DNA of 61,270 bases, counting the filler. It is 4 parts of 4 records of this genome, joined end to end, with 100 filler letters (N's around TTAATTAATTAA, not from the genome) between each part and the next. Parts side by side here need not be neighbours in the genome. Positions count along the whole stretch, not along the records: positions 1 to 10,724 come from SRR20825010_3663; 3 more parts are not named here. One strand, written 5' to 3'. Made by a program: the position numbers and the translations under genes. Below, piece after piece: positions 1 through 9,368 of the stretch. The notes under the pieces were generated by a model. It made no database searches. It saw nothing but the letters and a program-made list of their open reading frames with translations, and had not been told where the DNA came from. Every line of letters begins with the position of its first letter. Position 1 is the stretch's first letter.

Positions 1-468
1 TCCCGGATTTCCCGAAATTCTCCGGGGGAAGTTTTCCCGTCGGAAAGTTTTGGTCATTACCGGAAATTCTACACGGAAAATTTTTCACGAAGGTACGTTT
101 ACCTGAATTCAAGGAAGTCCACACGTTAAACTTTTCTTATCCGGAAGTTTTATACACATCGTGTATGTTAAACACCTTTCCTATGGTGATGGTTACTTTA
201 ATTTCGTAGAATGCATCTACTCAACCAAAAAAATTCTGGTGCAGCGTGTCCTCCCCGAGAGAAATACAACAACATGTACACACAGTAATACACGTTATTA
301 ATACGTACTTTAATGTGCGTTGATCTACGCGGGGTACATGAATCTTCGGAAAGGTGTGTCACTACGTATATGAACGTTACACGCAAGTACGTATATGTGT
401 TAACCAGTTCCGTTTATATACATGCCCGTAGTAAATGCCTGGTAAATACATCACTTTACTTTATTCGT

Positions 469-483
469 TGTGTTTGGTTTTTT
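469..483 (-). ncRNA. Candidate gRNA core complementary to edited COX3 (CVWFF)
   Basis: + strand tgt gtt tgg ttt ttt ends 26 nt before the motif at 509. Resembles trypanosomatid COX3 HFVDxVWFFLLR; attacgt follows, but out of frame. Confidence 0.4.
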
Positions 484-651
484 ATTACGTGTAACACAAT
501 AACATACAGGAAAGGTGTACAGCATGTAAAAGTTGATATCTATGTACATGCCCACGCGTATAAATTAATAGTTACTACCGTGTATGTTATGCATACATCC
601 GATATAGCCGTGTACACCTTTCCTAAAGTGTAATACATCTAAATTCATTAT

Positions 652-666
652 CACAAAAAATCATTC
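652..666 (+). ncRNA. Candidate gRNA core complementary to CYb PEWFF region
   Basis: Reverse complement gaa tga ttt ttt = E W F F (UGA=Trp), preceded by ata ttg ggc (ILxEWFF vs ILPEWFF). Starts about 30 nt after motif 614-623. Confidence 0.45.
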
Positions 667-787
667 GCCCAATATGTTATAATATATAACGTGCAACATG
701 TTAACAAACATGTTATTTTTTAGTATACATGTACATACACATGAATTTCGTTGACATACCTACTGACGTTATAGTTTTACGGTGTTA

Positions 788-803
788 GTATATTGTCGTA
801 GTT
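788..803 (-). ncRNA. Candidate gRNA core complementary to CYb VYCRS region
   Basis: + strand gta tat tgt cgt agt t = V Y C R S. The match ends 31 nt before the motif at 834. Confidence 0.55.
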
Positions 804-2050
804 ACTATTGTAGTATGTGAATTGCACATTACAGGAAAGGTGTACTCGATGTGTAACAAACGCGTACGCTGGAAGTTGTACTATCCTATTACTACCCGAC
901 TTACACCTTTCCAGTGGGAACAAGACAATACACACACTAAACCGTATAGTGCATTATTCTTTACGTATTAGTGACACGTTACGGTACAGTACTACTATGG
1001 TAATATACTACCTTACTACATCCATACACATACATGTTGTGTAGACACCTTTCCATGTGTATGTGTTAAAAAATAACCGTGAATAACAATCCCAAAATAA
1101 TGATGGACATCACAATGTACTGCGTAGATGGTAGCTTCCCGGATATGTTATTACTACATCCTCTTCCAGGTAGCATACATGTATATATGTCTACGTGATG
1201 TTATACCCGCGGGCACATACATTTTTGTAAGGGTGTAACGCTACTACGTGAAGGACACCTTTCCGGGATGGATATTATAATGTTGCTTAACACATACAAA
1301 AACATGTAGAAGAATAACGCCAAACAGAGCAAGTCTTCTTGTTTGAGACTGTAATGATGCATCTACACCGTATTGTTTTATTACGTTATTTGAATACTAG
1401 TATCGCCTACACCGTATGTGCTTGGTGATAGATATGTACATATACGTAGACCTAAACTTGTATACACCTTTCCTAAAGTGTGTGTATGCGGTATCTTTTA
1501 ACAAAACACAAACAAACAACACAGAATTGTAATAAACGATAATATTAACTCGGTAACGTAACTTGTTGTGTAAGCATTGCGTGTTGTTACATATGATACC
1601 GTTACACACAGATACATAGTAGACTTAAAGCCCTGTACACCTTTCCGGCGTAGTACTAACAATCTTATACGGGTGCTATCGCACAACATACACATAACAC
1701 AAAATGGGGAGTAACTACCTAATCCCATAGACATGGTGCTACCCGGGGGAATGTTAAAAACGTATGAAAACATGTACACGACATATCGTTTACACGTAAC
1801 GTGCAACCTAATTACGCGCGCACAATACCAACGAGACATTACCGTGTATGAGTTGATATTTGTTTTTGTTTGTGTAAAATCTAACCTACCCCGTATAACC
1901 TAGGAAAGGTGTACAGCATTTGCTTATACAAAGATTTAAACGGCGACTGTTTAATTATTGTCGTGTCTACGACAGATGCCAGCCTGTCTGTAACCTACGG
2001 AAAGGTGTACCCCGGTGTGTAAAGGACATGTGTAATGCATCATCATGGTC

Positions 2051-2071
2051 ATTTTGTAGTTTGTTGTCCTT
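2051..2071 (-). ncRNA. Candidate ATP6 gRNA core (FC[N/S]LLS family, copy 1)
   Basis: attttgtagtttgttgtcctt ends 31 nt before motif 2102. Differs from 3503-3523 by three transitions only. Confidence 0.65.
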
Positions 2072-2340
2072 TACTGTGTGTACGATAGGAAACATTTTAT
2101 AGGAAAGGTGTACTCTGCCAGCAAAACACATAGATTGTATGCAACCACGTGCACACGATTTAGATATGTGGCAACTATCGTTACCCCAGGCATATACTGC
2201 GTAAATCTAACTTTTTTAGGTAAGCGCCCTAAACTAAACATGTCTTTACATAAACTCACAGAGGCTTATATACGTAAGATATTACAGCATGGGGTGTATA
2301 CACACACCTTTCCAGTAGGACCTATCGACACTGCTGTAAT

Positions 2341-2361
2341 CAGAGAAAAACACTCCAGAAA
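2341..2361 (+). ncRNA. Candidate ATP6 gRNA core (FLECFSL)
   Basis: Reverse complement ttt ctg gag tgt ttt tct ctg = FLECFSL, identical to the recalled trypanosomatid A6 peptide CFLECFSLL. Starts 28 nt after motif 2304-2313. Confidence 0.7.
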
Positions 2362-3502
2362 TTTCACAAAGTACAAGCAGTATATACTGTATACATGTAT
2401 AATAGTGTCGTGTGTATAAACGTATACTCATACACCTTTCCTAGTTAATCCTATACACACTATCGTATACGCTATCGCGAATCAATCAAATAACGTACGG
2501 CGTGTAACATATCATGCACATTGCACATTACATAAAGTGTAACATTACGGAACTAGTGCGCGGTTTTATAATGTATATGTGTTCCATTCATTCTGCAGAT
2601 TTTTATGTGGCCTGTTATACTAGTAATACCAGGAAAGGTGTATGTGCTGTGTAACAATACATGACGGGGGTTGATATATAACCACACCCTAACGAAGCGT
2701 TGCACGTATAGTCGTTCATTATAGGTCGTTTATCGTGTACACGATATGGTTAGTACACCTTTCCGGGGGTTGTATCTTCCCATTACGTATACATTCAATA
2801 AAAAAAATAAAGTTACATTACATGTATGCGGTCCATCCTGGATGTGTAGTGTACGCGTCTGTTAGTTCGTGTGAGTATATTATGCATGTGCATCTAAATA
2901 AACATAGTGTACTGGATATGTGGGAGGCCTTACGTATATCGTGTTGGTCTGCCGTTATTTTGCTCTATACTGTATACTGTGTTTATTGTGTAATATTAGG
3001 AAAGGTGTATTACTATACCCCGTGTGGCGGTACTTATATAGTGCCGTATACAGTATAAGGCATGGTGAACTACCCGAGTGTGTTAAACAACCCTATCCGA
3101 CAGTAAAGAATATCCACCTAGGAAGTATGTTTTTTTACGTGTAAGTATTACAACGTATATTAACTACACGGAAAGGTGTTTTTTTCAGGCTTGTATGTTC
3201 TTCGGTTAAGGGTCTGTACTTTATTGGCTTTACGTAAAATAATGCTTTACCAGTGCACACATATTACGCAATTACGTATAACCGTACGTGCAGCAACCGA
3301 TACATGTAGACGGTTTGGTGGTTTACATTACGAATGGTGATGCACCTAGCGGGAACTACACCTACACTAACAAGGGGTGCTACACTTCTGGTAAGTAATA
3401 TACACTATACGATTACATACGTGTAGGCGGGTTATCGACAATAACATGCATTTTCCGATCTGGTCCCACGGAAATTAGCGTACACGTATACATCGTATGT
3501 TA

Positions 3503-3523
3503 GTTCTGTAATTTGTTGTCCTT
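3503..3523 (-). ncRNA. Candidate ATP6 gRNA core (FCNLLS family, copy 2)
   Basis: g ttc tgt aat ttg ttg tcc tt = FCNLLS (recalled A6 RLFCNLLSSH). Ends 32 nt before the variant motif at 3555. Confidence 0.7.
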
Positions 3524-4684
3524 AGTTACTATGGGGTTAAGCTATACATGGCAAGGAAAGGTGACACACGTTGTGTACTAACAGTTTACTGGTATATGCT
3601 TTACGGATGACACGCAGTACACCGCGCACATACCATGTTTAAAAATGTATGTGTATAATACACAGTTAGACTATATGTATCTGTTACCACGTAAATACTT
3701 TGATGCCACCCCATGCAAACGTTGTATCGTATACACCCCGAGATGAAGAACTTACCAAACACAGATGGACCGTGTATCATCATATAATATAAACGTGTGT
3801 ATTATAATTTGTATGAGCGATAGCGATATACACAAGCACAACACCTGTTATAAGCGGAAAGGTGTACATCCTGTAATGGTATGGTGTAATATATTCTGTG
3901 GTGCAACATGTTATTACATTAATCCCATTAATGTCCCGTGGGGGATATACATGTTGTTGTAACGACGTATAACCATATGTCCTTGTACAGCACAGTTATG
4001 TCTACGTCGGTGTTTTGCTCTTTGTATACACAGTAAAGCATTACGTCCTACAGGAAAGGTGTATTATACAGTGTATGTACTGTAATATACTACACATGTA
4101 AACTACGGACGGGCCTTAACGGAAATTATTATTGTACATGAATAGTCCTTGCAGGCAGACATCGTACACACAGTATCCGGGTATAACCACATGGTAATGG
4201 ATTACATTACACGTACGCATGGTGTTGTATACAACCCGAGGTATTACGTAGGACAGGTATGTACACAGAATACGTACCACAGGTAACAACGGCGTGTATA
4301 ACTATCTTGTACGTATTTGTGTTTGCGTGTTATTGTAATACTGAACATAGTACTGTACGGAAAGGTGTAACTCTTGACATGTACGTGCGCATGAACAACG
4401 TCACGCAAACTACGTACACAGTGTCTGTCATATGTAACATTATATACATGTACACTTCCAACGGGTGTTCATTGTTTTTGTTGTTGCAGTATACCTTTTT
4501 AATCGTATTATAGGAAAGGTGTATCCCACGCAATATACGCGTAGGTGCACACCCTATCACGACGCAAATATGTCTGTTGTAACACGTAATGCCACGGGTT
4601 TTTCTGGGGTCATATCACATACTAACAAGCGTGTTGTAACGTTACTACACCTTTCCGAGAATAACAGTGTGTGTCATAATAATT

Positions 4685-4708
4685 ACAAAAATCAAAAAAT
4701 AGTATCAA
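4685..4708 (+). ncRNA. Candidate gRNA core (LFFDF; ATP6 or COX3)
   Basis: Reverse complement ttg ata cta ttt ttt gat ttt tgt; compare A6 LLMFFDFF. Starts 29 nt after motif 4647-4656. Confidence 0.4.
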
Positions 4709-4928
4709 AATTGTATAGTACAGCGTTTAACTATAATCGTGTACTTTACTTGTGAGTGTGTTTTGTTTTGTATTAACAGCACCCACTATCATTACTTTGC
4801 GGGAAAGGTGTATAGGCTTCGGGTGACATCTGCTAATTATATTACAGCCAATATGTGTATACATGTAGTGTACCGTAGCGTAAGCATCCAACACTTATTG
4901 TTGGTTACGATAAACACACACGGAACTT

Positions 4929-4958
4929 TGTAGTTTGCGTTTTGTTTTTTTTGTATTT
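4929..4958 (-). ncRNA. Candidate RPS12 gRNA core (CSLRFVFFVF)
   Basis: + strand translates CSLRFVFFVF vs recalled T. brucei RPS12 CCLRFVLFVL. Ends 30 nt before motif 4988. Low complexity weakens the match. Confidence 0.4.
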
Positions 4959-6506
4959 ACGTTACACGGTTTTATGTAATACACATAGGAAAGGTGTATC
5001 CCTGGTAACGTAGGTTGATAGTTTAGCATTATAGCAGTATCCTGTTGATTGCATACTGTATGGTATGCCTTGTGTGGTACATTCTATGCTGTAACACAAT
5101 TGCCGTAGACTAAGTTGCAAAGTACATTATTAATCAACTACGTTTTTGTTGTTTTTAGTATACGCGACACTTTACAACCTATTCCGGAAAGGTGTTATAC
5201 ATACTCACATACACGATGACAGGTGTATACCACATCTTGTACAGGTAAAACTAACTACACGTACATATAACTTATACCAAGCAAGTTCACCAGGCAACTT
5301 ATACTGTTAATATCAAATGATATGACGTGGATACTTTCCCGGCAAGAACAATGTTAGTCTACGTAAAACACGACATGTTTATACACACAGGTATGCTTTC
5401 GGATGTATAATGACTACACCTTTCCACGTAATACACACAAGTACGTTATGTGCTAACGCACAACAAAATTAAAAAATAAGTATAAACCACATGTCCTTAT
5501 ATGATAATAGTGTTCTCCTATACGGGGTAGGATACTTCACGTATATCAACGGTACATAGTAGACATGTGTACTTATCACCCGGTAATAACAACAGTAATC
5601 TGCATGCCTGGTAGACAGCTGTACGTACAGTACTCCGAGCAGTATATGTGCACACACCGTTGTGTAATATCCTTGTTTTACAGCCCGGGTAATGTATACT
5701 ATGTAACTATGTTACGTCATGTATAAACGTGTACTATAAATATACACACCTTTCCTATTATCCACGTAACATACACTTACCACCCAAAAAAAACAAACAA
5801 ACAGCATACATTACATACTATATACATTTGTAGACACACGTAATCCATGTCATACACACTTTTTTTACCGAGGTGGTTAACGTTATCCGCGGATACCGCA
5901 ACTGCCTATGCGTATGCAATTACATGCCCAGGTATGTAGTAACATGTTTTACACAGCATGGGGTTACACAGATAAATATCGGCACATGTAAAATAGTAAA
6001 AAACATCTTTCCATAGATCACAGTATGGTTAGTTAAGTAAACCTAACCAACAACGTGCATTGTAACAAAGTAATACAACACGTACTTTACACGTCACGGG
6101 TTGTTAATATTACACCCTTCTACTATTACGAGGTTCCTCCTGCATTGCATTATTATTTTGGGATTGATACTTGTAGCAAGAATTCTGTGTATATCTCGGA
6201 AAGGTGTGGGTGTTACCCGCGTAACCAGGTAACACATCGCCGTATACAGTGTTAAACCCACAGTTATTTTTATAATATTCTGTACCTTGTGTAGTAAAGT
6301 TCCTATTACCGCAATACTATAAGTACGTATCTTTTCTGTGTAACCTTTACGATGTGCGGTTGTACTGCCGCCTATAAAACCTGAGTTGCTTCGATGACTC
6401 ATGGATGTAAGTTATTTGTCCTATTTTTTTTGATGATGGTCCTGCATGGACCTGTACCCGCCTACCCACACCTTTCCAAATGTGTAATGAATATTTAAAA
6501 CCATAC

Positions 6507-6526
6507 AGGACAACAACTTACAAAAC
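6507..6526 (+). ncRNA. Candidate ATP6 gRNA core (FCNLLS family, copy 3)
   Basis: Reverse complement gttttgtaagttgttgtcct is 18/20 identical to 3503-3522. Starts 30 nt after motif 6468-6477. Confidence 0.6.
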
Positions 6527-9341
6527 ATGTATAGCATATTTTGCATGTAGTTGGCATCTGTAACTGTTATGGGAGTAACATACTATCCTGGTACGTATAG
6601 CGCTGTATGATCTTACAGTCGTGTACGCTACGTTCCCACTGGGTGTGTCACGTCACGCTAACGTTCACACCGACCCAGCATGTTTAACAACGCGTATTTA
6701 AAAAGTATATATCCGGTAGTGTTATTTTATAACAGTACGTAGTATGCACACCTTTCCTAATGTTACGTTCGCCCCGGTAGTACACGTATAATCACAAAAA
6801 AAAGATTACAACGTGTATGCGCGTAATACTATGTACGGGTGTTAGTGCACATCCAAAGTTGTGTGTTAGTAACGCAGTACACACCTTTCCTTTTCGTTCT
6901 TTAATACCGTATGCAACACACCCTGCGGGAAAGTATATGCGCTTATGGAACTGCGTTGTCCCGCTTATGCCGTGCATGCCGGTTTTCTGTCATTACACGT
7001 ACATTGCTCCGGTACATTATAGTATGTTCTTTTTATATGGGTACACACCTTTCCTGTAAGTACGTCGTGCATTACATTACAACAACAACAAAACAAAACC
7101 GAAGTAATAACATGGTACATCACAACCCTCGCAAGTTACGTACTTACGTGTGATAGGATGATATATTACATGTCTGGTAAGTGGATGCTTACTTTTTGGC
7201 ATTTGTTTTCCTGTACCTTACGTCGGTTTATGTTAAGTACAATACATCAGGACCGGTAGGGTACTTACGGTAACATACTGTGCAGTTACATTGTATACAC
7301 GCATACTATCACAATATATAGGATACATGTTTGACACCTTTCCGGCAAGTTATAATACCTTATACATAGTGCTACCGCACAAGTAAACTTATCATTATTA
7401 CGTTACGTTTGTACTATTTATATACGCGTACCGCTTACAAAAAAGAGTAATATATGTGAGTGTGTGTTGCTAACCTAACACACCTTTCCTGGGTAATGTA
7501 CTTACACCTATATGGTTCGTATACACTCACCCTCCCTAGTAGAGTACTGCATACAAACTGTACATAGTATGTAAGACTTACCCACATATATAAATATTAT
7601 ACTACGTATAACATACAACCCACGGTATGCTAATACGATGCATAGCCAAGAATAATAAGCGTGCTCCACCGGGCTTACCGGTTCTTATTTTGGGATTGTA
7701 TGTTTACGTACATGGAAGTGCGCGTACGGAAAGGTGTTCACACGTATGTAACCTACCATATGTATTATACATAGTGTTTTGCAGCAGTATACCCTATAGA
7801 ACAGTTAAGTGTAAACTGTGTACCACCGTACATCTTTCCGCTACGGTTATTGCTTATGATGTGTGCGTTTACATATGCACAAATATATGTAAGACCACAC
7901 CACACCACTTACATACAGAAATAACCTACCCTGTATAATACGTTGTATGTAAGCAATCATGCACCCGGTCTGGTACAATTAATGATATACATTAGGTTTT
8001 TTTTAATGTACTAATTACTACAGTGCAAGTTTACAACTGCTGGAAAGGTGTACCTCTGGTGAGAGGTTAACATTACACGCCTGCATTATTGCAGTATGCT
8101 TGCAGCATGTAGACGTATTGCAACCATGTACAACAACCAAAATAAAAGTAGAATACCCCCCCCCGAGTATACGTACCCATACTATCACAAATATATATTA
8201 ACTGTTGCTGAACGGGTGTAACGCAGGTTGTTATACTCGTAACGGTTGTATGATTACCTCGACGTACGGCATCAACGTATACTCAGATCGCTGCATATAC
8301 GGTATACACCTTTCCGGATGGGATATAAATATGTATGGCTTAGTCGTTACACTCCAAATTAAATAATGTAACACTTACTAACATACACTGTTGTACGTGT
8401 AATGCCCGTAATCCACAATATGTTGTTTGCTTACTACCTAGTTGGGTATAGATGGTTATCAAACGTATATACACCTTTCCTAGAAAATTAAAGTACACTC
8501 CGTTACATGCAAACAACAACGCATCCAACACAGTAGAGGTAACAGTAAACGTTACGGATGCAGTTGTATGTCTCGTATGCGTGGTGTAACCGGCACGCTG
8601 TATATAAGCCCGTATACGTAAAGACGCGTATGTAACGTTATACGTACAATAGTAACACCGGTGATATCTTGTTCGGTTTTAGTTGTTTAAGTTTACCGGA
8701 TGTATGATTATTACAGTTAACCCTGTTATAGTGGAAAGGTGCAGCCAATCACCCTACTAGGGGTTACTTTTATTAAACCTGCACCTTTCCTTATTTGTTG
8801 CGTTTTAAAAACCCGTAATACTTAAAAAACAACAAATAGCAAATTGTTGTACGTGCAGTTACATAGTATAGAGACACGTTACGTATATGTCTAGCGTGTA
8901 CACCTTTCCGAAAGCATCATACAGGCCTGGTAAAAACAACATCCCAAAATAAGGATATACTATTAATTTATACATACTTTTGTCGTTTTTAGTGGGGCGT
9001 AACTTTTGCACGGCGTATGGACCTGTATTACGCATACGTGTAGTATTCAAGACAGGCTATACTCTTACGTATTTCCGTTTGGTTTCATTGAGTTGTGTTC
9101 TGTGTAATATGTTAAACGTTATCCCTGGAAAGGTGTGATATGGGGGTCGTCCAGGTGACTACAATTTTCTGTAGACAGTACCACGATTACAACTACGTGC
9201 CGTACATATTACCACACGCACCACGTACGATAGTAAGTAATGTAATAACATACGAAACCCGGTTTTAAAATATAGAGCTCCTCGTGCATGTAAATGCAGA
9301 CTGTTCGTACACCTTTCCAGTATCACAGTAACGTACTTGTT

Positions 9342-9368
9342 CATACATACACAACATAAATAAAACAT
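9342..9368 (+). ncRNA. Candidate gRNA core complementary to the COX1 5' end (MFYLCCVCM)
   Basis: Reverse complement atg ttt tat tta tgt tgt gta tgt atg vs recalled trypanosomatid COX1 start MF(F/W)LCLVCLS. Lies downstream of motif 9309-9318. Confidence 0.5.

Noticed and set aside
1-150. Run-rich ccgg/ggaaa sequence at the contig start (and 10620-10724 at the end) as a terminal repeat or telomere
   Set aside because: There is no exact repeat unit and the two ends do not match. The doubled bases look like low-quality read ends.
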